From Haliotis rufescens (lineage: Eukaryota): a stretch of 64,000 bases of DNA. The translations under genes and the position numbers were made by a program. Below the pieces are notes generated by a model that worked only from the letters and a program-made list of their open reading frames with translations, ran no database searches and was not told the DNA's origin. Where the stretch lies: NCBI RefSeq assembly GCF_023055435.1, contig NW_025964373.1, forward strand, positions 930,001 to 994,000, read 5' to 3'. Below are positions 24,077 through 37,523 of the stretch, one piece after another. Numbering within the stretch: the first letter of the stretch is position 1; the number at the start of each line of letters is the position of its first letter.

Positions 24077-26446
24077 TGTTTTAGATAACTATCTCCTTTG
24101 CAATAGCCCACAGTGCCCACCAAGGACATGCATTCTTCACGAGTCAATTTGGGAGAACTTATTTTTAGGTCTTTTGTTTGATCTTTTATACGAGCAACTG
24201 CAGTAAGGAGCGATGGGTAGTGACCTGACTCTTGTATTGCAACTGCAATAATAATTCCTGTATTGGGATACGTACATATTGCATGCACTCTTTCATCTGT
24301 AATTTGTTATGAACCTGATTCTGAAAGAATTTTCCCTGCACATTTCTGACAACTTTGTGCCATTTTCTTATTATGTTGCCATGGTCACAAAGCATACGTA
24401 AAAGGCACATAATACAGAGGAAACTGCCTGAATGGTTTATTTCTGAATATCATAATTTCAGTTTGACTTGTCACTTACGTAAACTTTGACAAGATGAAAA
24501 AATGCATGATTTTGAAAAACACACTATTTATATACCTGTATTTCCCAAACGTATTGATACATATTGTGGTGTACTGGTAATACCTGCACCTCTAGAACAA
24601 GTTTAACGCTTCCGTTCTTATATGAACATATTTGTCAATGTTCTCGTCAGCTAGCAGTGACAAACACAATGTCTAAAACAAGCATATTTCAGCTCAACAG
24701 ATCATTGTATTCAATTATAGAACTGTAGTCAAATACTATGGAGTGTAGTGCTTCCCGGAGAGCTGGAGTTCAGTATTGGCTAAGTCAACACTCTGTGGGC
24801 ACTCCATCAATTCTCCATACTTTTATTGCTCATAAATTGTAAACTTTGACGAAGCACTCACATCAAACAAAGCATCCAACAGAGCAGGATAAGATCTGTA
24901 TTGGTGCCATGTCGGCTTGTAAAGAGACCATCAGGATCTGATAGCGCCTGCCGCCACACCGCTTGTTGGCAGCCATTACCAGAACACCACTTGCTTCAGA
25001 CATGCCATCATCTAATTTACAACAATAATCAAATCTGACAAACTAACTCTTGACTTTTAGTCAGTCTGATCAAGTGAAGGAGAGTTGCTGCAGATTGGGC
25101 AAATGGCAGCCAAACAAGCTTTTACAACGACATCACGGGGGTGAGTAAGAGTCCACATGGTCACAGTGGCCTGTGGACCTGTGGACACTGCACTCAACCA
25201 GGCTATACTGAGAAAGCACAAAAATGGCTGTTATTCATGTTTCTGAAATAGAATTATTTCTACCCTGATTCAATTACTATGCTATTTCAGGGGTCAGATG
25301 ATGTTCAACAGAGAGAGCTGCATGAAGTTGACAGCACTCACAAAATTCAATTCAATTTTGGATTAAATTGCCTTTTGGAGCCTTTGAGATTCCAGATAGA
25401 TAGACTAAATAGAATTTCTTTCTTACAACAGTCTAAGAGGAATCTAATGGCTTCATATTGTGTGTATCCTAAATGGCTAGAAAATTTTCAGATTACTTCT
25501 TTTTTTATTCAGAAGGATGTTCCTATTACAGGATTAAATTGTTTCTATGACAAAAATCATTTGAGAAAGGACCATTTCTCAACAGGCAACTTCAATGAAG
25601 CCAGACCGATGCAGATTCATGTTTTAACTGTTTGTGAACTAATATGAATTACTTTCAGCTTTTATGAAACAAGATCTGCATTCCCGTCTGGTTGAAAAAG
25701 GCAACCTTTGACAAGTCAATGTAGTGTTGAGTGTACATTTCTTAGTAACAAATAAGAAAGAAATTCACGAAAATTGTATGAAAATAACCAAACAATGATA
25801 TCTTCCTGATGTGTTTTTAAGTAGAAGTCTGTCCAATAAGATATGAATTCTCCCTATATGCATCCATTGATAATATGCAAAGTATTCTTGCAGGGCTCCG
25901 AAGTTCAACATTGGTCTGCCGATATTTCAGATGTCTCATTTGCTTGCTGGAAGCAAGAGCTATTTGCATTTGACTGAAGAAAAGACTATCTTCTTCCCAC
26001 ACCAGTCTCATGCAAACACGGTATGAAAGATCAACAGTCTATGAAATTACAGGATAACACTTGAAATGAGTGTATTGATTGTTGAATATAGACTCTGTTC
26101 GGTCATCTTGACCAGAGAGTGGAAAACTCCCCACTGTTTGGGGCTCGTTCATCAGAGGATAGAAACACGTAAAGAGGTGAGGGTTCGGTGTGGGGACGAC
26201 AGACATACAATTACACTGCAAAACAGTTGCTATTTTCAGAATACCATGCCAAATGACGACGATCTAAATGTTAGGAGTCTTTGATGGAGTTCTGTGTACA
26301 GAGGGCAGGGGAGGGGTGCTTGGTTAATGTGGGCAGTGTTAGGCTGATGCAGGACCCGGGCGCACTGGAGCACTAACCAGCTGAATGCTTCACAGAATAC
26401 TTGCAGCTATTGACTTTCGCACAATTTATGGTATTCAAAGTTGGCC

Positions 26447-28590
26447 ATATTGGCTGGCTAGTCGTGTTCCCTGATGGCTATACTGGCTGGCTAGTCGTGT
26501 TCCCTGATGGCTATACTGGCTGGCTAGTCGTGTTCCCTGATGGCTATACTGACTGGCTAGTCGTGTTCCCTGATGGCTATACTGACTGGCTAGTCGTGTT
26601 CCCTGATGGCTATACTGGCTGGCTAGTCGTGTTCCCTGATGGCTATACTGACTGGCTAGTCGTGTTCCCTGATGGCTATACTGACTGGCTAGTCGTGTTC
26701 CCTGATGGCTATACTGGCTGGCTAGTCGTGTTCCCTGATGGCTATCTGACTGGCTAGTCGTGTTCCCTGATGGCTATACTGGCTGGCTAGTCGTGTTCCC
26801 TGATGGCTATACTGACTGGCTAGTCGTGTTCCCTGATGGCTATACTGACTGGCTAGTCGTGTTCCCTGATGGCTATACTGGCTGGCTAGTCGTGTTCCCT
26901 GATGGCTATACTGACTGGCTAGTCGTGTTCCCTGATGGCTATACTGGCTGGCTAGTCGTGTACCCTGATGGCTGTATTGACTGGCTAGTCGTGTTCCCTG
27001 ATGGCTATACTGACTGGCTAGTCGTGTACCCTGATGGCTATACTGACTGGCTAGTCTCGTTCTATTGGGGCTATACTGACTGGAGAGTTGAGTTCTATTG
27101 TGGCTATACTGAGTGGCTAGTTGAGTTCTATTGTAGCTATACTGAGTGGCTAGTTGAGTTCTATTGTGGCTATACTGACTGGCTAGTCATGTTCTATTGT
27201 GGCTATACTGACTTGAGAGTTGTGTTCTATTGGGGCTATACTGACTGGAGAGTTGTGTTCTATTGTGGCTATACTGAGTGGCTAGTTGAGTTCTATTGTG
27301 GCTATACTGAGTGGCTAGTTGAGTTCTATTGTAGCTGTACTGAGTGGCTAGTTGTGTTCTATTGTGGCTATACTGAGTGGCTAGTTGAGTTCTATTGTAG
27401 CTATACTGAGTGGCTAGTTGAGTTCTATTGTGGCTATACTGACTGGCTAGTCGTGTTCTATTGTGGATATACTGACTGGAGAGTTGTGTTCTATTGTGGC
27501 TATACTGAGTGGCTAGTTGAGTTCTATTGTAGCTATACTGAGTGGCTAGTTGTGTTCTATTGTGGCTATACTGAGTGGCTAGTTGTGTTCTATTGTGGCT
27601 ATACTGAGTGGCTAGTTGAGTTCTATTGTGGCTATACTGAGTGGCTAGTTGAGTTCTATTGTAGCTATACTGAGTGGCTAGTTGTGTTCTATTGTGGCTA
27701 TACTGACTGGAGAGTTGTGTTCTATTGTAGCTATACTGAGTGGCTAGTTGTGTTCTATTGTGGCTATACTGAGTGGCTAGTTGTGTTCTATTGTATCTAT
27801 ACTGAGTGGCTAGTTGTGTTCTATTGTGGCTATACTGAGTGGCTAGTTGTGTTTTATTGTGGCTATACTGAGTGGCTAGTTGTGTTCTATTGTGGCTATA
27901 CTGACTGGCTAGTTGAGTTCTATTGTGGCTATACTGAGTGGAGAGTTGAGTTCTATTGTAGCTATACTGAGTGGCTAGTTGTGTTCTATTGTGGCTATAC
28001 TGAGTGGCTAGTTGTGTTCTATTGTGGCTATACTGACTGGCTAGTTGAGTTCTATTGAGGCTATACTGACTGGCTAGTCGTGTTCTATTGTGGCTATACT
28101 GACTGGCTAGTTGAGTTCTATTGTGGCTATACTGAGTGGCTAGTTGTGTTTTATTGTGGCTATACTGAGTGGCTAGTTGAGTTCTATTGTGGCTATACTG
28201 AGTGGCTAGTTGAGTTCTATTGTGGCTATACTGAGTGGCTAGTTGTGTTCTATTGAGGCTATACTGAGTGGCTAGTTGTGTTTATTGTGGCTATACTGAG
28301 TGGCTAGTTGTGTTCTATTGTGGCTATACTGACTGGCTAGTTGAGTTCTATTGTGGCTATACTGAGTGGCTAGTTGTGTTCTATTGTGGCTATACTGAGA
28401 GGCTAGTTGTGTTTATTGTGGCTATACTGAGTGGCTAGTTGTGTTCTATTGTGGCTATACTGACTGGCTAGTTGAGTTCTATTGTGGCTATACTGAGTGG
28501 CTAGTTGTGTTCTATTGTGGCTATACTGAGTGGCTAGTTGTGTTTATTGTGGCTATACTGACTGGCTAGTTGTGTTCTATTGTGCTACTG
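26447..28590. repeat. 33-bp minisatellite, ~65 copies, two sequence domains
   Basis: CTGGCTAGTCGTGTTCCCTGATGGCTATACTGR up to about 27055, then GTGGCTAGTTGWGTTCTATTGTGGCTATACTGA. Confidence 0.97.
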
Positions 28591-31500
28591 GATGGTCATG
28601 TTCAATGGCATCTTCTGATTAACTGTGCACCTCAATAAGAAACAAACCAGAAAAATGACAGAAAATAAATTATTTTACAAACTCATGAGCTATTTATACA
28701 TGGAAACCTGATCAATATTGTCCCCATCCATTCAAAAATGTATGACAGAAAATACAACTTGGAAAATATTCATTACATAATTAATATTCAAAACAAATAC
28801 TTACAGCAAAAACATCCTCATAACAATTTCTTGCTGCTCAACTGACATAATGCAACAAATACGCTGTTAGAGATTCTATTAGAAAGTAACACATTCAGTG
28901 GAGATTTTTTCAAACTTAAGGGCAACCTTTCTTATGGGGTTGAGTATATCTCCCTTCCTCTGACTTCCCTATGTCTGCTCAGCACAAGGATTACATCCTG
29001 TCAGTTCTATACCAGCTTCATTTCACCCAAAGACAATGACATATACATATCATTTGTTAAAAATCCTGACATTTAAACACCATATGAAAGGCTTCCTATG
29101 ACAATGCCCCTGTTTGATGTGAGGATTGCTATTACCACGAATCACTTGTGTCTATACGAGAGTGCTTTCAAGCTAAAATTACATAAGATATTGTACTAAC
29201 GTCTTCAAAAGCCCCATCCTGTAAGTTCATTAAGGCACACCTTAATGATGGAGTATTTACTTTACAGGAACCTCGCATGAAAGGCTGGCCTTTGCTTACA
29301 TATAATGAGATCTGTAATTAGCGTCTTGAGCTTCAGGTAGGAGCACTCTAATGGCGGCCATGGAGTTGGAACTGCTTAGTGTGAGATTCAAGGCAGATGA
29401 GTATGTCTTGGGTTTTGTATTAAGGGAGGAGGTAGCTTTGGACAACTGGCGGTCACAGCAATTTGAGTCAAGTACCATAGTTAAAATTCACCCTGTTTGT
29501 CAACTCAAATTACATGATGTTAATTAACGTAGAATTTAATGACTATGCTCATATCTTCACATACACATTTTGAAACAGTAAGATTACATTGCTGATATTT
29601 TGAAGGATGAATGAATGCAAACTTAGATTTGTGTTCCTACTGGTATGGGATGTTGTCAACAACAGAATTCAGCTATATACTGAAAGGAAACAGTCCTTGA
29701 TAAAAGGTGAGACCTCCATTGCCTCGTCTGTAAACTTCCGCTGCACTCAAGCGAGGGCATCTGCACAGCTGTGTATGGCACACTGTTCTGAAGACAATTC
29801 TTCAAACATAATTGAAAGTTTAAAACCTATTAAAAAAATATAAATGTTTGTCAAATTTTAACACATTTTAGAGTTTTGTACAGAGGCAATCAGACTATTT
29901 TCATCTTCCTTTTCACCATGGACAGGCACCCCACTTCTCACTGACGACAGTGTTCTGATAGCTGTACATCGCTTCACATGAACCACATGTTGACACGTCG
30001 GACTCTGATGTCAGTGGCTTCCCTTAGCTGTGACAGGATGCAGTGATCATGCGTTTGAATCCTTGATTCATGCTGATAATGATCTTTGGTTTATTATCAC
30101 CATATCCATGTATATTTCAAAGCGAAACATCTCAGACCTGCTCATGGCTTTCCTCCCACATAATCCTAACACATCGATCATTACCTAACTGGCATACCGT
30201 GTGAAAATAGGGTTAAATCTCACTTGAATTGTGTACCCTTTTATTGCTATAGTGTAGATGTCTGTCACATTTGTTATTTAAATATGCAAAAGCCAATAAA
30301 CTAAAATGCTTATTGGTTTTGAGGGTCTTTATAATATGTCTTTCCTTAACTTTAATCCACATCCTTTATACTGAAAGCGGGGAGGGAATACCTATTTCGT
30401 TGTGTGTTATTGGCTCCTTTAATTTGTCGTTATTCGATATTTAACATTACGAATTAGATGTGATACATTATTTCTCAACAGTCCTGTTACCGTGTATTTG
30501 CAAATAAATTTCTCTCATGTGAATTGTTATTCTTTGTCTTTGTTTTATTTCAAAACCTGGAATACCATGTAGTACATTTAGGGGAGTGGCCTAAAAATAT
30601 CAAGAACGGTCCAAGATGGTCCACCTGATAAGTTGTCACCAAGTATATACGTTACAGTGTGAGATGTCCAGTCCTTGTTTATACATGCAAGATTGATCAG
30701 TAGAAATGAATTATTTCTTATCTCTAAGAAATATGAAATAATTTACATGATAATTATCCGTGAAATATTACCTGTGAACTGTGAAAAGGTGGTCTGAATT
30801 ACCGGTGAACAGTTATTGGGCATAGGCATCCCCAGCCCTCCATATAGGCCTAGGTGTGATGAGGGCCCATAGTGGTCTACAGGAGCAACATCACCGCTGA
30901 CAATGATCACACCTTCTGGGACTTGGTACAAGAGTTATCAGAGGTGCTCACAACGATAACAACATGACATTGTGGTCTGCAATGTTTGCATTTCATAAAA
31001 TTCTAACAACACCAAATGTAGAGTAAAGGCTGATTTGAAAGGCTTTCAGTAAGTATGTTTATCATATTTGAACAAGAATTTGAGCCGAGCTCATTGTCTT
31101 CCGAGATGTAGATCAAGACATGGTAAATAAATCATCCTGGGTCACAGACTTTGCTCCTAATTACATTTTTCCTTGGTTAAGAAAAGTCGGCCTTATTAAC
31201 CCTTTGACTCATTCTTATATAGTTGACCATGAGGCAGAAGTCAAAAGCTTGAAGGCATAGGAAAGAAGAAAGGCTAGTTGTCAGCCATCTCAACTATCAC
31301 TGATTTTCTCAATTAAAATTACAAGTTTCTCCAGAACTTTACAACTTAACATTTCCAGTAAGCCAAGCATGGTCTTTATCCTACCGTGTCCTCTAACCTT
31401 TACAAAAACTTAGTGAAAAAACAAAAATCCAATAACTGTCTCTGTGTGAACATTAATTACACATCCACATCCAAGATGTCACCCAGACTGGGTCTTCAGC

Positions 31501-33084
31501 CTTCAAGCTCATCAGTTCATGTGTCAGTTTCACATCAGAATATAGTTCTTATTCTGATGTATTCATGGTAAGTCACTGTCTGTCACACCCAGGGAGTGTG
31601 GGTAGTCTAGTGGTTAATGCAACATCCATGTATGGACAATATCTAAGATTGATTCCCTACAAAGTTACAATATAACTAAAGAGCAGAATTGTGAAAAGAA
31701 CAAAATGATTTTGCTCCACTTTTGGATGAAGTGGATAAATTGCCAATATTTGAAGTCAATCCAGTACCGCAGATATAAGCAATGAAGCCATCATTGATTG
31801 CCTAAGAGTAACATCATCAAAGATCCACAATATCTTATTAATCTACATGTGCATTGATTTCTATGTCAGGGTAGTCAGTGTTTATACCCTATTATTCCTA
31901 GTGGCCAATCTACTTGTTCATTCCAACAGCACATCCTTAACACACCGACATGTTTACTTGAGAAGACAACCAGGTCATATTTACACTTCATGAAAATTTG
32001 GTTTTCGAAATGGAATGTATGTTTGAGAGAGCAACCACCTGGGATAAACTGTAACGTATTTTAACACTGTTTTTTGCCGGTTAGTATTTTGTGTTATGAT
32101 TTCTCTACTGTGTAATTATAGACATCCCACATTATAAAGGAAAGGCGATGAAAGTCTGCAAGTTATAAGATGCAGCTTTACCTGATCTAATAACACAATT
32201 ATTTACATAAGTAACTTTATAAGATATTACTCTATTTACATGACTAAATGAGTAAATGTTCATAATGAGCAAACAGAAAAAGAGTCTGGCGTTTTGAGAG
32301 CCTATATTTCATTATGTTTAATGCGGGATTGGTTGTTCTCCCTCCAAAAGATACTGGCGTTTGGAAACCTGAAAACTCATTTTGATCATAGAAGGATTTT
32401 TTTTTAAATCTTAGAATAGAAAGATACAGATTTCAAACAGAACTGTAGACATCCTTATATCTACAGACAATCCCTTTCCGAGATGATCTTCAGATGTTTC
32501 TTGACAAAAAGGATAAACAGTGAAAGAAACAGCAGCAAAGCTCGCTACTTTTAATCATTTGTCAGATAAGGGCTCAAATCCTAATTAATTTGAAATGATT
32601 CATTTCAGGGATTATTAGTTGATCTAAAACGGAAACATCACATCACATATCGTCCATGCTGAAAGCACAGCCATCTTCACGACTAGGGGTTAAACCCCAC
32701 CAGCCATAATGTAACACTGATATCACACAAATTCCTTTAATAAAGAAGCTCTTTAGCTACTTGTGGTGGGGATGTAAGACAAGTACTGACCTCGTTACAT
32801 ACAAGGGTACAGTAGTGTGCTATTAACTACAAAGCATTACATCAAAGCTATCAGGGATGAAGCAAAACAAGGTTTGACAGAAACCCAATACAGTTTTCAG
32901 GCTGACTTCACCCCCAGACAAGGCGGGGACAAACACCCAGAATTAGACTTTATTTATCATCCAAGCGTTGCCCCTTCTACACTGATTGCTCTCAAATCTG
33001 GAAATTCATTTTGGGGCCTAACAAGTTTCACAAATGCCTGCTAGGGAAAATTACCACAATTAATCTCCCAAGTGGACAATTCCA

Positions 33085-33440
33085 CTAAAAGTCTGAGTTT
33101 GTGTGGCATTTGTCTAGTGAAGCAGTATAGACTGCTTGCCCAGGGAAGAAATAAGGAGGAGTGTGTTTCACTAGTTGCAGGAGGTGACAGTTGCCACAAG
33201 TTCCGGACGAGGTCAGGATGATGTATTGATACAAATCCAGAAATCGGATTAAGATGTTTAGGGGTGTTTGAGAGACAATCACTTGTTCCCCATGCACTCG
33301 ATCAAGCAGTTTGGGGAACTCCTGAATGTCTGTTTTAATTACTACAATGCTGACAACTCTCGAGAAGGCAAGAGAGCTCTTCCACCAGCAAGAAATCAAT
33401 GTCTAACCCCTTGCCAGCTCCTAGCCATAAACAGACTTTT
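33085..33440 (+). pseudogene. Possible old Tc1 transposase remnant
   Basis: Frameshifted fragments resembling PGE.Y.EEC, NHLFP....FG, and ELFHQQEINV..LPAPS (compare VLPWPAxSPDL), in the expected order. Confidence 0.4.
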
Positions 33441-33581
33441 TCAGCTCAATGTGCAGTGATTGGAACTAGTTTGAGCTGAGAACCCAAACTCTTGATTCTG
33501 ACACAAACATCTATTTCTGTGAATGCAATTCTTGTTTTATTGAAAAAAAAATGTCTTTGCTAAAAAGACATATTCAATATA

Positions 33582-35111
33582 TACTGCTCACACAAAGTAG
33601 GGGATATTGAAAAGTTACGACGAAAAGCTTCAGAATTATGTTTAATTTTCATTGGGAAACAATAATAATGTGGAAATAAGAATGTAAAGAAACAGTTTTG
33701 AAAGTAATGACTTTGTTCAAGCTGCAATTTCATTTTGTAGACACTGGAAAGTTCATGAGGGGTAGAAACCCAAATGTCATAAATGGGTTAATACCGGGTT
33801 GGCCCACCATTAGCAGCCAAACAAGCATTACACCGACGTCTCATACTCCTAATGATGCGACCAATGTGAACTTGGGGAATCCTGTGCCATTCCTCTTGGA
33901 GTGCCACGCCCAGTTGTTGCAAGTCTTGACATGGGGGATGCCGCCTCTGCACTCGTCTTCCGAGCATATCCCACACATGCTCTATAGGGGAGAGGTCGGG
34001 GGACATCGCTGGCCATGGAAGAGTTTCAATTTGGTGCCGCCGCAAATGGTTAAGGACGACGTGCGCACGGTGAGCCCTGGCATTATCGTCCTGGAAGATG
34101 AAACCCTGTCCGTCACGGTGTGCAAATGGCAGGACATGTTGCGTGATGATGTTGTCCCGATAGTAAACACCCGTAACTCTTCCTTGGCAGATGTGGAGAT
34201 CGGTTCTGCCTGTCACCGTGATTCCACCCCACACCATAACAGAACCCCTCCCATACCGATCATGTGGAATCATGGCAGCTGGCTGATGACGCTCACCAGG
34301 ACGACGCCAGACACGATGACGGCCATCATTGAAGTCTAAAGAGAACCTCGACTCATCACTGAACATCACATGGGACCACCGGGCATTGCTCCACCTCTGG
34401 TGACGACGACCCCACTCTCGCCGGGCTTGTCTGTGACGGTTTGTTAGGGGTAATGTGATGTAAGGTCGCCTTGCTCGAAGTTCTGCAGTATGGAGCCGGT
34501 TTCGTACCGTCTGTGTGGAGATGAGATTCCCAGTGGCATGTCTGTGAACCTGCTGCAGCTGTGTCGCATTTAAACGTCGATCACGGAGGGCTCCAGTGAT
34601 GATCCGCCGGTCATCATGTCTGGTCGTGCATTTTGGACGACCACTTCGGGGTCTGTCTTGAACCCTTCCAGTGGCAATGTAACATGCCCACAACCGGCTG
34701 ACTACTGACTGTGAGACATGCAGTTGTGCTGCTGTGTAGGCCTGCGTTCTTCCGGCCTGGATCATCCCAATTGCTCTCAATCTTTCGTCTTCTCGTAACC
34801 TTCGCATTGTGGAAAGTGGTGAAGTGATGGATGAACTTGGTCCAAGACCCATGTTAACACCCATTTTTGCACGTGAGGCACGTGGATTTTGTCATTTGCA
34901 CGTGACACAAGATGTGATTTCTCATCCCCACCCCCTGGTACGTTTGGGTGCAATTTTCCTGGATGCAAGGGCATCTGGTGGTCATTGTGAGGCATGCTCA
35001 GACGGACCTATGCTTTTCCTCAATCATACATAAATTATTTGTAGGCCTCTATATTACTGTCTTTGTGCCACTGATTTTAATTTCAATATCCCCTACTTTT
35101 TGTGAGCAGTA
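33582..35111 (-). mobile_element. Full-length Tc1/mariner DNA transposon (1530 bp)
   Basis: 31-bp TIRs TACTGCTCAC(A)MAAAGTAGGGGATATTGAAA with one mismatch. TA on both flanks (33580-33581 and 35112-35113). Intact transposase inside. Confidence 0.96.
33788..34807 (-). CDS. Tc1-family DD34E transposase, 339 aa from the ATG at 34807
   Basis: HTH region, GRPK motif, FSDESRF, SVMVWGGI, FQDDNARAH, WPAMSPDLSPIEHVW. There are 34 residues between the second D and the E, and no stops. Confidence 0.96.
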   Translation of the reverse strand: MRRLREDERLRAIGMIQAGRTQAYTAAQLHVSQSVVSRLWACYIATGRVQDRPRSGRPKCTTRHDDRRIITGALRDRRLNATQLQQVHRHATGNLISTQTVRNRLHTAELRARRPYITLPLTNRHRQARREWGRRHQRWSNARWSHVMFSDESRFSLDFNDGRHRVWRRPGERHQPAAMIPHDRYGRGSVMVWGGITVTGRTDLHICQGRVTGVYYRDNIITQHVLPFAHRDGQGFIFQDDNARAHRAHVVLNHLRRHQIETLPWPAMSPDLSPIEHVWDMLGRRVQRRHPPCQDLQQLGVALQEEWHRIPQVHIGRIIRSMRRRCNACLAANGGPTRY

Positions 35112-35479
35112 TAGTTGAAAAAGAAGACAATTGGTTTTCAGTCTTTGATTGGTGTAGGAGGCAGTTCAATTTTGCTGACAAGCAATTACATGTAGAAGCT
35201 CAGTTAAACAACCAACACAGATACAACAGAACTACCTGGCAGAGGACTGGATGGTGGAAACACAGATATGTACACATGTAAGCAAGGATTATATCCCACC
35301 TAAATATTATCCCAGGGGAAGTTTCACTCTAGAGTATAGTATAGGATAGGATTAAACACACTGGTAGGGGTTCAAATTCACCAGGGAGAATCATCCTGAC
35401 ACTAGAGAATTTCATCCCAAGGGTAAAAAATAGGGTAGGATAATATTCACTCTTACACATACACAAGTGTCAACACCCG

Positions 35480-35720
35480 TGGTGTCAGCCCGGGCAAGGG
35501 ACTCAGTTCAAATGTGCCTCTGTTCACCCAGGAGAGAACGGGTACCTATTATGTGAGGTGGACTGAAAAACTTCTAGCGCCTGTAGGCGGCTTGGGTTGA
35601 ATACTCCCAAAGGGAGTTGAGAAATGCTGACAGATCAACTGGTTGGGGAACAAATAAAACTGCATTTGAGCAGATACTAGTACCTGGATACCTGCTTTAT
35701 AATAATAACAACAACAACAG
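35480..35720 (+). mobile_element. Degenerate CORE-SINE-like fragment
   Basis: GGGCAAGGGACTCA...GCCTCTGTTCACCCAGG...GGGTACC resembles the CORE domain. Ends in a TAA/CAA tail. Confidence 0.5.
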
Positions 35721-36174
35721 AAGTGAGTCAGGTTTTACACTCTAACACTTGCTTTGAACAGCACTAAAGTTACCATATTCAATGTAATAAGTGCCCTGCT
35801 TCAATAAACGCCCACTGACCAAATTTTAGACCAATCTGTAAATATTTTTTATGCACCCCCAACTTACACCCATAATTTACATGACGGTCTGTAATTTCTT
35901 GTGAATAGTACAGAAAACAATGGCATTGAAGGGGGATACAGTTGCCTAGTAACTAGTTAGTTTTGTTTCATCCTCATTTGAACTTGTTCACAACTACCTG
36001 ATCTCTAAAAACAACTTGCCTGGTCTAAATAAGCACCACACTATGTCAATGTTCAAAGTGCCTGGGGTGCTAATCACAGTGACAACAGCATATCAAGATG
36101 TGTTACTTTAATGTGGGAGAAAGCCAAATGTGACGCAGGCGCTCTGGTAAAACCCACATTATAGCTAAAATGGA

Positions 36175-36609
36175 TAGAATTATCATTAAACCGCCCGCAT
36201 GTTATCAGAAATGAGCGGGCCACTGTAACTTGATAATGCCCTCATATTGCTTGACGACGGGCCATTATCACGCCCGTTGTTAGGTGACGTCATAGGGTGG
36301 GATAGGTGACGTCACGTTCAATAGTGACGTCATCTGGTTTGTTCTCTGACGTTTCCATATTTGTAAAAGTGGGTCAGTGACATTCGTGTTGATTGCAGTA
36401 AATGTTTCCAAACCGATATTGTTTCTTTTTATCTTACAGCAAATTCCATCCATTTTAGCTATAATGAGGGTAACGCTTCTTTTCAGGGCATTATCATTTG
36501 CAGAAGCCCTCAGTCTTTTCAACCGCCCTCCTTCGTCGGGCAGTTAATGGAAGACCCCGGGCTTCTGCAAATGATAATGCCCTGAAAAATAGCGTTACCC
36601 TTATATTAT
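36175..36609. mobile_element. CpG-rich non-autonomous element with long terminal hairpin (class uncertain, Crypton-like architecture)
   Basis: Arms AGGGTAACGCT..TTTTCAGGGCATTATCATTTGCAGAAGCCC and GGGCTTCTGCAAATGATAATGCCCTGAAAA..AGCGTTACCCT around a GCCCTCCTTCGTCGGGC apex. Internal CATTATCA/TGATAATG repeats. Confidence 0.6.
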
Positions 36610-36904
36610 CATCTTTGGTTTGTCAGCACCAGCGTTCATGGTTTTCACCAAATTGGTAAATGTCTATGACTTGTGTTACTTTTAGTTTTCTTCACACATT
36701 TAAGCAATTAATACCTCTGTCCTTCCTATCTACACTGCCTTATGCTAAAATTACCCATCAGGCTGGGTAAGATATGTAGAAAATGAGCAAATTCAAAGGT
36801 GACCATGTAAGCTGAAATGTCATGGTAAATTGACGTACTGGTCAGAGCAGTGCACAACTCATCTAGGCCACTAAAACGTTGGCAAGGTAACAAAAGTCAC
36901 ATGT

Positions 36905-37016
36905 CTCATGATGTCAGTCACTGGATTGTCTGGTCCAGACTCGATTATTTACAGACTGCCGTCATATAGCTCGATTATTGCTGAGTGCGGCATTAAATAA
37001 CAAACAAACAAACAAA
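36905..37016 (+). mobile_element. 5'-truncated family B SINE
   Basis: CACTGGATTGTCTGGTCCAGACTCGATTATTTACAGACTGCCGTCATATAGC...AAACAAAC. Confidence 0.8.
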
Positions 37017-37414
37017 ACTCTGGGATAAAAAGTCATCTGATAATAATTTAATAGTTTCCTCCGCTGTTTAATCAACTATGGTTGACAAATAAAAAAAGAA
37101 TTTCTGGTCCAGACTCAATTATTTACAGGTTGCCATCAATGATCATGTAGCTTTATTCATCCAATAATATTCATATTACCAGGATATTCAGATATAAACC
37201 TTGTGTATAAAAAATATACAAAATAATACAAGCATGGACGAAGCAAGTTTACATCATTCATGTCCTTGTGACCAGACAAGGCGAGCGTCATCCCCATGGG
37301 CAATACACAAGAGTCAGAGTCGGGGGGGACAAACATGACCTCAGACTAAGCCACAAGAGTCAGAGTCGGGGAGACAAACATGACCTCAGACTAAGCCATC
37401 TATGATAGATTACT

Positions 37415-37523
37415 TAAGAATTGACTTCAATATATTTTGTGTTTATGGAGGTATGAATGTAAAAAATGGAATACATACTGTGTAAATCCTCATACACACA
37501 AAACCATATTGAAGTCAATTCTT
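37415..37523. repeat. Short inverted repeat (MITE-like)
   Basis: AAGAATTGACTTCAATAT pairs with ATATTGAAGTCAATTCTT. Confidence 0.65.

Noticed and set aside
22600-24420. Short ORFs at 22617-22892, 22646-22840 and 23866-24410
   Set aside because: No recognisable motifs and stops in extended frames. Probably decayed repeats of unknown class.
26401-28058. W/Y/C-rich 118- and 432-aa ORFs
   Set aside because: 33-bp array with frameshifting units and stops in the same array.
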